64,000 nt of DNA from Candidatus Nitrospinota bacterium M3_3B_026. Lineage in GTDB: Bacteria; Nitrospinota_A; UBA7883; JBPRGF01. Of this stretch, positions 37,065-46,642 are shown piece after piece (position 1 is the first letter of the stretch; every line of letters starts with the position of its first letter). The notes beneath the pieces are model-generated. The model had not been told where the DNA came from and did not search any database. It saw only the letters and a program-made list of their open reading frames with translations. The stretch is taken from the NCBI GenBank assembly GCA_051418015.1, contig JBPRGF010000024.1, positions 64,001 to 128,000 on the forward strand. The letters are read 5' to 3'. The translations under genes and the position numbers were made by a program.

Positions 37065-39374
37065 ATGAAAGAAAACAAAATAAACCGCCTTCCGTTTCCT
37101 GTCTTGTTGATCCTCCCGGCCATGGTCACGCTGTACGTGGGATGGTTCACGTTTCATTCCATAGACGCATGGGCGAACATGAACAACAACTGGTGGGACT
37201 TCGGGAATATAGACTCCGCCGCATACAATACCGCCCAGGGCAAGTTCATGTTCTCCAACGCGCGGCTTTATAACTACTGGAGCGACCATTTCGCCCCCAT
37301 TCTGCTGGTCCTGAGCGCCTATTACCTGGTAGGCGACGGCCACTGGTTCATATTCTTCTGGCAGGCGCTTACCATCGGCCTTGCGGCCGTTCCGCTGTTC
37401 CTGATCGCGCGGGAGGTTCTGAAAGACGAGCGCGCGGCCCTTCTCATATCCGCGGCCTACCTCGCCAACGGCTATGTCCACATGGGCAACCTGTTTGACT
37501 ACCACATGGTCTCCCACATGGGCCTTTTCGCCCTTTCGGCGTTCTACGCCATGATGAAAAGGCGCTGGGGGCTTTATTTTCTTTTCGGGGCGTTGCTCAT
37601 GGCCTGCAAGGAGGACGCGCCGATAATCTTCTTCATGTTCGGGTTTTACGCGGCCTTCGTCATGAAAGAGAAAAAATGGGCGGCGCTGACGTGGGCCGTG
37701 GCGGGCGGCTACATGCTTTTCGTCTTCGGCGCGGCGATCCCGTACTTCCGCGCCTCCTCGATCAACGTCGTCGGCGATCCGGGCAAATACATGTACGCCG
37801 ACAACTACGAGTGGATGGGCAGGTCCATCCCGGAGGTCCTGGAAAATATACGAACCAGGAGCGGCAGGATGATCCAGGCGCTCATGGAGCCCCCCGTAAG
37901 GGTGACGCGCTGGATGGGGTGGATCACCGGCTACGCTTTCCTGCCGCTGATAACGCCGATAGGGTTGCTGATGGCGGCGCCATCCTCGCTGGAGATTTTC
38001 CTGAACGGCAGGATCACCGTGTCGGCGTTGCTATTCCACTACCCGCTGATGATAGCGCCTCTCTGGACCCTGGCCTTCATCCTGGCTTTGCCAAGAGCCG
38101 GGCGGGCCGCGGCTTTTGTCCACCGGCGGGCGATGCGCCTGCCGCCGTGGCTCTCAGCCGCCGCCAGGGGGGCTGCGGGCGGCGCGGCCATGGCGCTTGC
38201 GGGTTTTATCATCTACAGCGACGCCGCGAATCTTTTAAGCGGCGAGGGGCGCGCGCGCTCATGGGTTTATGCGCAGGATAAACAGCTTTTCGCGCTTCTC
38301 GTCCTGGTTGTCGCGTATATCGCCCTTGGCGGCGCGTCGTTCGCCGCGAGGGCGCTGGGCAGGGACGCGGGGGGGCGCGCCATAACCGCATTCGCCGTCT
38401 ATATCCTGGTGTTCAACCTCCTGGTGACAAGCGGCAACGCTCCGCTGATGCTGACCGACGACGGCGCCAGGGTTTACAAGGAAAACGCGGAGATAGAATA
38501 TGACACGATCTTCATAAACCCCGCCGTCTTTTACACACCGGAGCACCGGGAGCACGCCAGGCTGGCGCGGGAGAGCCTGAAGCTTATACCAAAGGACGCC
38601 GTGGTGGTATCCAGCCAGGAGGCGTATCATTTCCTGAACCACAACGTGAACTCCTTCCTCTACCGAGGGATGGATAAGTATCCCTTCCCGGAGATGGAGG
38701 TGGAATACGCGGCGATAGACCTCAAGAGCATTCCTAAAGCCGTCGGCCCGACGCTGTATGACAACCGGCAGGCCGTGACCGATTTTCTGAGAAACCCCGA
38801 TTTCGGCCTGGTAATGGAGACGGACGGATTTCTCATATTCAAGCGCGGCGCGCCGAAAACGGCGGATTACAGGTGGTATCTTGAAAAGGTGATGACGTAT
38901 CACGCCGGTGAGCTTTCCGGGATCGTGGGCGGACCCCTCGACGATCCAAAGGCGGCTTCGGGGCGCTCCCACGCCGCCCTGGCCGCGGGAACCCCAGCCG
39001 GACACCTGGTTTTCGGGCCGTACATCCCCCTTGCGGAGGGAGACTACGAGGTTGTATACAGGCTGAGGGCGGCGGGCGCGGAGGAGGAGCCCGTGGTCAG
39101 GCTGGACGTGGCCGTGAATCTTGGCAGGGAGATATTAGCGGCGAGGATCCTCAACGGGGACGATTTCGCCGAAGGTGGCGGATGGGTCGAGGTAAGCCTG
39201 CCGTTCAGCGTCGATGAGGATGGAGAGGAGAGAACGGAGTTTCGTGTTTATTACTATGGCGGCGCGGACGTCTGGGTGGAAAGCGTGAGCCTGCGTATGA
39301 GCTTCGAGACTTTTCTTTCCATGGCCATGATCCCGAGGCGCGATTTCTGGTCTTATCAGCCGGGCCGGGGTTAA
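37065..39374 (+). CDS. DUF2079-type (GT-C-like) membrane protein with C-terminal CBM-like domain
   Basis: WDFG, DHFAPIL, FDYH and KED motifs, many TMs, and C-terminal FGPYIPLAEGDYEVVYRLR. Confidence 0.8.
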   Translation: MKENKINRLPFPVLLILPAMVTLYVGWFTFHSIDAWANMNNNWWDFGNIDSAAYNTAQGKFMFSNARLYNYWSDHFAPILLVLSAYYLVGDGHWFIFFWQALTIGLAAVPLFLIAREVLKDERAALLISAAYLANGYVHMGNLFDYHMVSHMGLFALSAFYAMMKRRWGLYFLFGALLMACKEDAPIIFFMFGFYAAFVMKEKKWAALTWAVAGGYMLFVFGAAIPYFRASSINVVGDPGKYMYADNYEWMGRSIPEVLENIRTRSGRMIQALMEPPVRVTRWMGWITGYAFLPLITPIGLLMAAPSSLEIFLNGRITVSALLFHYPLMIAPLWTLAFILALPRAGRAAAFVHRRAMRLPPWLSAAARGAAGGAAMALAGFIIYSDAANLLSGEGRARSWVYAQDKQLFALLVLVVAYIALGGASFAARALGRDAGGRAITAFAVYILVFNLLVTSGNAPLMLTDDGARVYKENAEIEYDTIFINPAVFYTPEHREHARLARESLKLIPKDAVVVSSQEAYHFLNHNVNSFLYRGMDKYPFPEMEVEYAAIDLKSIPKAVGPTLYDNRQAVTDFLRNPDFGLVMETDGFLIFKRGAPKTADYRWYLEKVMTYHAGELSGIVGGPLDDPKAASGRSHAALAAGTPAGHLVFGPYIPLAEGDYEVVYRLRAAGAEEEPVVRLDVAVNLGREILAARILNGDDFAEGGGWVEVSLPFSVDEDGEERTEFRVYYYGGADVWVESVSLRMSFETFLSMAMIPRRDFWSYQPGRG

Positions 39375-39406
39375 TATGCGGCCCTTTCTTTTTTACGGCC
39401 GGGGTC

Positions 39407-40408
39407 ATGGGCTCTGAGAAAAGAGGCGGCGGCGCGATGGGGCGGCTGTTCCGGATCGCGCTTTCCACGGCGATAATAGCCGTTCTCCTTTACCAGATCG
39501 ACCTTCCCGGCCTTGCGGATACGATAAGACAGGCGCGTTTTTCCATGCTGGCGCTGGCTTTTGCCATGCTCCTTGCCGAGCAGGCCGCCGGGGCGCTCGT
39601 GTGGAGGGCGATGATCGCGGAGAAGGGGTTCAAGGCGCCGCTTTCGGACATCCTGCGGGTCGTGCTCGCGTCGGATTTTCTGGGCGCGGCGCTTCCCACC
39701 AGCATGGGGTCGGACGTCGTCAAGGTGGCCGGCCTTTCCAGGTATATCGGCAGCGTCTCGGAGGCTTTTTCGTCCCTGGTGGCTTTCAGGGTCATCGGGC
39801 TGGGGATAATGTTCACCGCCGCGGCGTTTGCCGGGTTTTTCTTCTCCGGCGCTCTGCCGGACGAGCCTGTGATCGAGACCGTAACCTGGGCGCTGGCGGC
39901 GGCTGTCCTGCTGGCCGCGGCGGGGATGGCTTTTTCGAGGACGGCGCTCTCCCTTGCGAAAAGGCTCCTCGGCGAAAGGGTCTATTTAAAACTCGAAAAG
40001 GTCCACGGGGCGTTCATGTTTTACATGAGCCACCCGAGGGCGCTTTCGGCCGCCGTCGCGGGAGGGCTTTTTATACAGCTCAACAGGATCGTCTACATGT
40101 ACGTTGTCTCCCTGGCGCTGGGGCTGGACGCGCCGCTGGTCTCCTTCTTCGTGTTCGTGCCGGTGGTGACGGCGCTTACCATGATCCCGGTCTCCATCTC
40201 CGGGATTGGCGTACGGGAGGGGGGATACGTCTTCCTTTTCGGCTACGCGGGCCTTTCGGCCGGGCAGGCTTTCAGCCTCTCGATTCTCGGGTTCGCCATA
40301 AACATGCTGTACGTCCTCTTCGCCGGGGTCATGTACTGGCTGTTCGGCGCGCCCTCCGGCGAACGGCTGGACAAGGTCGGGGAGCGGATCCAACGAGGCG
40401 AGCGGTAG
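39407..40408 (+). CDS. UPF0104 / lysylphosphatidylglycerol-synthase-TM (flippase-like) membrane protein
   Basis: LPTSMGSDVVK and IPVSISGIGVRE motifs, ~8 TMs. Confidence 0.85.
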   Translation: MGSEKRGGGAMGRLFRIALSTAIIAVLLYQIDLPGLADTIRQARFSMLALAFAMLLAEQAAGALVWRAMIAEKGFKAPLSDILRVVLASDFLGAALPTSMGSDVVKVAGLSRYIGSVSEAFSSLVAFRVIGLGIMFTAAAFAGFFFSGALPDEPVIETVTWALAAAVLLAAAGMAFSRTALSLAKRLLGERVYLKLEKVHGAFMFYMSHPRALSAAVAGGLFIQLNRIVYMYVVSLALGLDAPLVSFFVFVPVVTALTMIPVSISGIGVREGGYVFLFGYAGLSAGQAFSLSILGFAINMLYVLFAGVMYWLFGAPSGERLDKVGERIQRGER

Positions 40409-40410
40409 CT

Positions 40411-41463
40411 TCAGCCCCTCGCAGGCGCGGCGGCAGCGTCGCGCCGCCGTCTCACTATCCCCATGCTGAAATCCATCTGCCAGCCGCATGTGCAGCCCGG
40501 GCATTCCTTGTTGAAGCCTTTCAGACGGTTCTCCCGGTACTTCGGCGAGCGCAGGATCTCCCCGAGGCTCTTCTCCCGCACGTTTCCCGATGGGGGCATG
40601 GCCCAGCAGCCGTGATAGACGTTCCCGAAGCTGTCGATGTAGACGTGCATCAGCGCCCGGGCGCAGTAGTATTCAGGGTTGCGGCTGTCCAGGTACAGGG
40701 CCGGTATGCTCTCGAACTGGCGGACCGTTCCGTTGACGCTTTCCGGATATTTTTTCTTAAGCTCCACGACGCGCGCCGCCGCGCGCTCCATCTGCTCAAG
40801 AGTGGGGAAAACGGATCTGTCCACGCCGGTGAAATAGTAGGCGTGAGCCTCCGGGATGTTGAAGCTGACCGGCGCTCCCGTCCGACGGGCGTAGCTGATG
40901 ATGAAATCCACGTCGTCCACGTTGTTTTTCATGAAGGTGAAGGCGAGCCTGACTGGTATCTTTTCGGAGACCAGCCTCTCCACGAGGGCCGTGGTCTTCT
41001 TGAAACTGCCGGGCACGCGGACGTAGCCGTCGTGGTTTTCCTCTCTGCCGTGAAGGGATATCTCGACGACGTCGACGCGATTCTCCCGCAAAAACTCCAC
41101 GTCGGCGTCCCGGATAAGCGAGCCGTTGGTGGAGATTTTAACGGCCAGACCCCGCGTCTTCAGCCTCTCGACCAGCGGGTAGAGCGTCTCTTTGCGCAAA
41201 AGGACCTCGCCGCCGGTGAACCGCGCCGACAGCCCTCCCAGGGCGGCGAACTCGTCCACCACCGCAGTCCATTCCTCGGGCTTTAGCTCCTTTTCCTTGT
41301 CCCCGATGTCGTAGCAGCCACAGGTGACGCAACGATAGTTGCACCTGTCCGACAACATGGCCATCAGCATGGGAGGGAAAAAGGAGCCCGGGTTGCGCCG
41401 CACGTTCAGCTGATACATGGCGCGCGCCCCCGCAGCCGCCTTTCGAAATTTGCCTGAGATCAT
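40411..41463 (-). CDS. Radical SAM protein with SPASM/twitch C-terminal domain
   Basis: CNYRCVTC, FTGGE, STNG, then C...IDSFGNVYHGC...GNV...CPGC. Confidence 0.92.
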   Translation of the reverse strand: MISGKFRKAAAGARAMYQLNVRRNPGSFFPPMLMAMLSDRCNYRCVTCGCYDIGDKEKELKPEEWTAVVDEFAALGGLSARFTGGEVLLRKETLYPLVERLKTRGLAVKISTNGSLIRDADVEFLRENRVDVVEISLHGREENHDGYVRVPGSFKKTTALVERLVSEKIPVRLAFTFMKNNVDDVDFIISYARRTGAPVSFNIPEAHAYYFTGVDRSVFPTLEQMERAAARVVELKKKYPESVNGTVRQFESIPALYLDSRNPEYYCARALMHVYIDSFGNVYHGCWAMPPSGNVREKSLGEILRSPKYRENRLKGFNKECPGCTCGWQMDFSMGIVRRRRDAAAAPARG

Positions 41464-41627
41464 TTATGAATGACGTCCTTTCACTGCGCGCTGGAAACAA
41501 TGGTTAAATACCAAGTTTACCAGACCGCGCCGCGCCGTTATAGATTGAAGGTTTTTTTTCACTTCCGCGCGGTTTATGCCCCATCCCGCCGTGATGTACA
41601 ATTGGACGCTCAACGAAGGGGGGACTT

Positions 41628-41843
41628 GTGATGATAACAAAAGGCAACCTGATACTGCTTCTGAAAAGGGTGGTCGTCATAACGGCGATATTTCTCGCCA
41701 TAGGCTTCATCTTGGACATAACGGTGAACGGCTTCAGTCTTCCCGAGGCGCTGGAGAGGCTTTATAAATACGGGCTGGCCCAGTCCCTGATGTACGCCAC
41801 GGTGGCGGCGATCGCTCTCACCCCATTTAAGGGCGGGTCTTGA
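41628..41843 (+). CDS. Small two-TM hypothetical protein
   Basis: Purine-rich RBS, two hydrophobic stretches, and stop codon overlapping the next gene's start. Confidence 0.55.
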   Translation: MMITKGNLILLLKRVVVITAIFLAIGFILDITVNGFSLPEALERLYKYGLAQSLMYATVAAIALTPFKGGS

Positions 41844-43858
41844 GGCCGGACGAGAATTCTCCCGCCGCCCCCGCGCCGGATTATGCCGAGACGGAAACCG
41901 GCGCGCGCCATCCCGCGGGGTGGGCAGGGCGCGCCGTCGTGGCGCTTCTCCTGCTCTGGTCGCTTTTCCAGCTATCCATAGCCAGCGTTGTCACGCTGGA
42001 CGCTTTCCGCGTCCGCGTCATCCACCTGGCCTTCGCCCTGGCTCTTGCCTATCTTGCCTTCCCGGCGCGCAAAAAGTCGCCGCGGGACAGGATACCGCTT
42101 GCGGACTGGGCGCTGGCCATTCTCTCCGCCCTGAGCGTCCTTTACATGATCTTCGACTACGAGGGGATACTCATGCGCCCCGGCGCTCCGTTGACGAGGG
42201 ACATCGTGGCGGGGGCGGCGGGAGTTGTTCTCTTATTCGAGGCGGCGCGCAGGACGCTTGGGCCTGCGCTGGCGGTTGTGGCGGGGCTGTTCCTAGCGTA
42301 CTCGTTCCTTGGGCCGTGGCTGCCGGAGATCGTCGCCCACAGGGGCTACTCGTTGCGGCGGGTGGTGGACCACCAGTTCCTCACCACGGAGGGGATTTTC
42401 GGCGTGGCTTTGGGCGTGTCCGCCTCTTACGTCTTCCTGTTCGTGCTGTTCGGGGCGATGCTGGAGGCGGCAGGGGCGGGGCGATATTTCATCCAGCTCG
42501 CCTACAGCCTCCTGGGCCGGTTTCGCGGCGGCCCGGCGAAAGCGGCGATCCTCTCCAGCGGTTTCACCGGGATGGTAAACGGGAGCTCCGTCTCCAACAC
42601 TGTCACGACGGGGACGTTTACAATCCCCCTCATGAAAAAGGTGGGCTACCCGCCGGAGAAGGCCGCGGCGATCGAGGTGGCCGCCAGCACCGACGGCCAG
42701 CTCATGCCCCCTATAATGGGCGCGGCGGCCTTCATCATGGCGGAGTTTCTGGGGATAACATATCTCGACGTCGTCCGCGCGGCCATCATACCCGCCCTCG
42801 CAAGCTACCTGACCCTCTTTTACCTGAGCCACCTGGAGGCCCTCAAGCTGGGGCTGGAGCCTGTGAGAAAGGGCGAGCTCCCGCCTTTTCTGAAAACTTT
42901 TTTGAGCGGCGCCCATTACCTCGCCCCCGTCGCCGCGCTGGTGGCTTCGCTCGTTATATACAGATATTCCCCCGTCACGGCGGCGTTCAACGCCATCCTG
43001 ATACTGCTCGCCATAATGGCGGTCCAGAAGCCGTTTGCGGCTCTCCTCGCCGGAAGGCCCGTCACCCCGGCGCTGCTTGCGGGATTCGCGGACATTTACA
43101 CGGGCCTCGTCAAAGGCGCGAGGGGAATGATAGGCATAGGAGTGGCCACCGCCGCCGCCGGGATCATCGTGGGGACCGTCACGCTCACGGGGCTGGGGCT
43201 GAGGGTGACGGAGGTGGTGGAGGTCCTCTCCATGGGGAGCCTGCCGCTGATGCTTGTCATAACCGCCGCCGCGTGCCTGGTCATGGGCATGGGGCTGCCC
43301 ACCACGGCGACGTACATAGTCATGGCCACCCTCACCGCGCCGGTCATCGTCGCCCTCTCCGGGGATATGGGATACGCCATACCGTTGATCGCGGCCCACA
43401 TGTTCGTCTTCTATTTCGGCATCCTCGCCGACGACACGCCGCCGGTGGGCCTCTGCGCCTATGCCGCGTCGGGGATAGCCGGGTCCGATCCCATAAAGAC
43501 CGGTCTGCAGTCTTTCGCCTACGACATCCGGGTGGCGATATTACCCTTCATGTTCGTTTTCAACACCGAGATGCTGCTGATCGGAGTGGACGGTTTTCCA
43601 AAGGGCGCGGCCGTGTTCGTCTTCACCGTCCTCGGGATGTTCGCCTTCGCATCGGCGGCGCAGGGGCGCGGCCTGGAGCGGATAGGGTGGGCAGGCAGGC
43701 TCGCGCTTCTGGCGGCTGCGGCGATGCTTTTGAACCCTGTTTTCTTCAACAGCCTCCTGCCAGCGCCCACGGCCTACCTCTACTCCGTCGCGGGCGCGAT
43801 GATTTTCCTCGGCGTCGCGGCGTTGCGCCGCGGGAGCAGGGAAGGGATGGTAAAATGA
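41840..43858 (+). CDS. TRAP transporter fused 4TM/12TM permease (TAXI-type)
   Basis: EGIFG, GGPAKA, GSSVSNTVTTGTFTIPLMK, GQLMPPIMGAAAF, GMGLPTT and DTPPVG motifs. Confidence 0.93.
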   Translation: MRPDENSPAAPAPDYAETETGARHPAGWAGRAVVALLLLWSLFQLSIASVVTLDAFRVRVIHLAFALALAYLAFPARKKSPRDRIPLADWALAILSALSVLYMIFDYEGILMRPGAPLTRDIVAGAAGVVLLFEAARRTLGPALAVVAGLFLAYSFLGPWLPEIVAHRGYSLRRVVDHQFLTTEGIFGVALGVSASYVFLFVLFGAMLEAAGAGRYFIQLAYSLLGRFRGGPAKAAILSSGFTGMVNGSSVSNTVTTGTFTIPLMKKVGYPPEKAAAIEVAASTDGQLMPPIMGAAAFIMAEFLGITYLDVVRAAIIPALASYLTLFYLSHLEALKLGLEPVRKGELPPFLKTFLSGAHYLAPVAALVASLVIYRYSPVTAAFNAILILLAIMAVQKPFAALLAGRPVTPALLAGFADIYTGLVKGARGMIGIGVATAAAGIIVGTVTLTGLGLRVTEVVEVLSMGSLPLMLVITAAACLVMGMGLPTTATYIVMATLTAPVIVALSGDMGYAIPLIAAHMFVFYFGILADDTPPVGLCAYAASGIAGSDPIKTGLQSFAYDIRVAILPFMFVFNTEMLLIGVDGFPKGAAVFVFTVLGMFAFASAAQGRGLERIGWAGRLALLAAAAMLLNPVFFNSLLPAPTAYLYSVAGAMIFLGVAALRRGSREGMVK

Positions 43859-43910
43859 AACAATTCCGTCATGCAGACGGCCAGGTTATGGAACGATTAA
43901 AGACGACGCC

Positions 43911-44666
43911 ATGAGGATCGCGATCGCCATTGCAACGGCGCTCATCGCGCTGACACTGCCCGGCCCTGCCGTGGCGGGGCCTTCCATGGACATCACGCCG
44001 CGGGAAAGCAACACCGGGACCGTTGACGAAGGCGAGTCCGCAGCCCGTGATTTCACGATCAAAAACACCGGCGACGCGCCGCTTGAGATCAAGAGAGTGA
44101 AAACCTCCTGCGGGTGCACAGCCTCCGGCCTTGAGAAAAACAGGCTGGCCCCCGGCGAGACGGCCCTCCTGCGCGTGGAATATGACACGGCCGGAAGACC
44201 GGGCAAGTTCAGGAAAAAGGTGACCGTGTTCGGCGACGACCCGGAGAATGAAAGAGTCCATGTCTACATCTCCGGGTTTGTCAAGCGCGCGCCCGGGCCG
44301 AGGATATCGGTTGAGCCGAGCGTTCTCCGAGTCGGTGAAATACCGCCCGGCGGCCCGATCCCCGTGAAGTTCACCATCGAAAACACCGGAGAAAAAGCCC
44401 TCACCGTCAGCAGGGTCACGCGGATAAGCCTCAACGAGGAAAACCGTCCCGCGGACCGCGCCGTGGTTCTGGATAAGCCCTTCACGCTCGCGCCGGGAGG
44501 ACGGCGTTTTCTTGAATTCCACGCCCCAGCGCCTGGCGGCGGAAATTTCCGGATCGTCTATTCCATAATGTCCAACGACCCTCACTTCCCGACAAGCTAC
44601 CTGCGTGTCCTTGGCGGGGCCATTGACGAAGAGACTAAGGAGACGCTCTCCGGTTCGCGGCGCTGA
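43911..44666 (+). CDS. Exported DUF1573 / Ig-like two-domain protein
   Basis: Signal peptide, F.IKNTGDAPLEI..V.TSCGCTA, and a second NTG..L repeat. Confidence 0.8.
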   Translation: MRIAIAIATALIALTLPGPAVAGPSMDITPRESNTGTVDEGESAARDFTIKNTGDAPLEIKRVKTSCGCTASGLEKNRLAPGETALLRVEYDTAGRPGKFRKKVTVFGDDPENERVHVYISGFVKRAPGPRISVEPSVLRVGEIPPGGPIPVKFTIENTGEKALTVSRVTRISLNEENRPADRAVVLDKPFTLAPGGRRFLEFHAPAPGGGNFRIVYSIMSNDPHFPTSYLRVLGGAIDEETKETLSGSRR

Positions 44667-44856
44667 GCACGCGCGGGCGCTTTTTCGGCTATGCCATGAA
44701 AAGCTCCGGTTTATCAGCCTGATTTGGCTGGTTTTGAGTTCCGCGGGCGTGGAAATTGTAATATCATATGAAAGTAGCGCAAGGGGATTCACGCAAGCGG
44801 AATCCGGCTGAGATCATCCTGTTTCAAGACCCGCGGACGCGGCGCGCGGAATATTT

Positions 44857-45954
44857 ATGGACGACAAGGAAAAAAAAGCCCTCTTAGCCAAGTACGCCAA
44901 GAAGCGCGTCACCCTTATCATCAAGGATCGCAACGAGCGCAAACAGGTCAAAAACGCTTTGCGGGAGAACGGGATAAACGATATCGTCGAGCTGGACGAT
45001 TTCTCGCAGGCGTGGAGCAAGCTCCAGCTCACCGCCACAAACGTTCTGGTCTTTTCCGTGAGCGAGCAGGAGGGGCTTGATTTTCTGTCGAGCGTCGAAG
45101 AATCCGCCCGGTTCAAAAAGACGCCTCTCATAGTCTTCACCAACAAGCCAAGGGAGCACCCGGGCCTTTTCAGCGGCGAGGATCTGCTGATTTACTGGGA
45201 AGAGCTTCCCATGAACGGCTACAAGGTGGAGAACAGGCTGCTGGAGGTCTTTGAGAAAGGCGTGGTGGAAAAGAGCCTGCTGGGGCGGGATCACGATTCG
45301 CTGGAACACTACTCCCAGGCCGTGGACGCGCTGGCGGAGGAAAAATTCGAGGACGCCAAGGAGCTTTTGCGGATTTCACTCAAGGAGAGCCCGGAGTTTT
45401 TCGAAGCCTACGTGAAGATGGTGGAGGCGCTCACCGGCCTTGGCGACCTGGAGACGGCCAGGAGGGTGCTGGGCAGGGCGGAGAAGATGAGGCCGGCCCA
45501 CCCAAAGGTGCTCATTCTGAAAGCCAGGCTCGCCGCGGAGCTGGAGAACAAGGAGAACGCCGTCCGCGTCTTCGACGCCGTTGTGGGCGCCCGCCCGCGC
45601 GACCTGATGTTCGTCATTGGCATAGGCAACATCGCCCTGGAGAAGGGATGGGTGGACGAGGCCATTCATTACTACGAGATCGCGAAAAACATAGACCCCG
45701 AGCTGATCCATGCTTACAACCGCCTTGGGATGGCCCATTCGCGGGCGGGCCGGTTCGACGAGGCCCTGGCGATGTACGACAAGGCCCTCAAAATCGACGA
45801 CGAGGACGCGGGCATACACTTCAACATCGGCATGGCCTATACCCGCAAAGGGGAGAAAGAGAGGGCAATAGAATATTTCAAGAAAGCGAGCGCCCTGGAC
45901 CCGCGCCTCACGGAGCCGAAGGAGTGGGCCGAGAAGCTCGAGGCCGGCGGCTGA
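44857..45954 (+). CDS. Atypical receiver-like domain + TPR repeat protein
   Basis: N-terminal REC-like pattern (..FKKTPLIVFT) lacking the acidic residues, with clear C-terminal TPRs (AYNRLGMA, IHFNIGMAY). Confidence 0.75.
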   Translation: MDDKEKKALLAKYAKKRVTLIIKDRNERKQVKNALRENGINDIVELDDFSQAWSKLQLTATNVLVFSVSEQEGLDFLSSVEESARFKKTPLIVFTNKPREHPGLFSGEDLLIYWEELPMNGYKVENRLLEVFEKGVVEKSLLGRDHDSLEHYSQAVDALAEEKFEDAKELLRISLKESPEFFEAYVKMVEALTGLGDLETARRVLGRAEKMRPAHPKVLILKARLAAELENKENAVRVFDAVVGARPRDLMFVIGIGNIALEKGWVDEAIHYYEIAKNIDPELIHAYNRLGMAHSRAGRFDEALAMYDKALKIDDEDAGIHFNIGMAYTRKGEKERAIEYFKKASALDPRLTEPKEWAEKLEAGG

Positions 45955-46042
45955 GCGTCACGTCGTCCACCCCACGCGCCATGACGCGATTCCGGATGAC
46001 AGCCTGACCTCTCCAGTTCTCTTCACGACGCTTCCCCCTCTC

Positions 46043-46594
46043 TCACAGTCCGCGCGCCGCTTTTTTTGTTCTCCAGGCCAGCGCGGCCAGCGCCAGGGCT
46101 CCGAAAAGAGCCGTCTCGATGGCGAGAGCCTCGAGGCTTGCGGCGGTAAAGGGCGCCGCCCGGTTTACGCCGGGAAGGACGGGGAGGATGTAGAACTTGT
46201 CCGAGAAAGGCCACAGCGCGGGCAGGCCGATGCCGTTTTCCGGGTAGTGGTCGACATTCAGCAGATCGGCCAGGACATGCAACGCCCATGCGCCGGCGAC
46301 GACGCCGAAAATTTTCAGCGAATCCCGCCGTCCGCGGACGCGCGCCCAGAACGCCACGGCGGCCCCGGCGGCAAGGGCGAACCCTATGGAGTGCGTGACG
46401 CCGTGATGCCACATGCCGGAAACGGTCAGCCCTTGCCCTGAAATGTGGATGAAATCAAGGTCCGGCGCCAGCGACGCGGCGATGGCCAGCGCGGCCCAGC
46501 CGGCGCTTTCCTTGTTCAAGGCGAGGGGGTTTTCATTTTGGCTCGCCGCGTAGACCGCCAGCCCGGCGAGGGCATGCCCCAGGGGCGTCGGCAT
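46043..46594 (-). CDS. YdjM/YbcI-family membrane metal-dependent hydrolase
   Basis: GH, PDLD, HHGVTHS, HVLAD and LWPFS motifs. Confidence 0.88.
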   Translation of the reverse strand: MPTPLGHALAGLAVYAASQNENPLALNKESAGWAALAIAASLAPDLDFIHISGQGLTVSGMWHHGVTHSIGFALAAGAAVAFWARVRGRRDSLKIFGVVAGAWALHVLADLLNVDHYPENGIGLPALWPFSDKFYILPVLPGVNRAAPFTAASLEALAIETALFGALALAALAWRTKKAARGL

Positions 46595-46642
46595 CAGGAG
46601 GCCGCCTGGCGGCGCGGCGGGGAGCTTTTGTCCATCGCCGGT

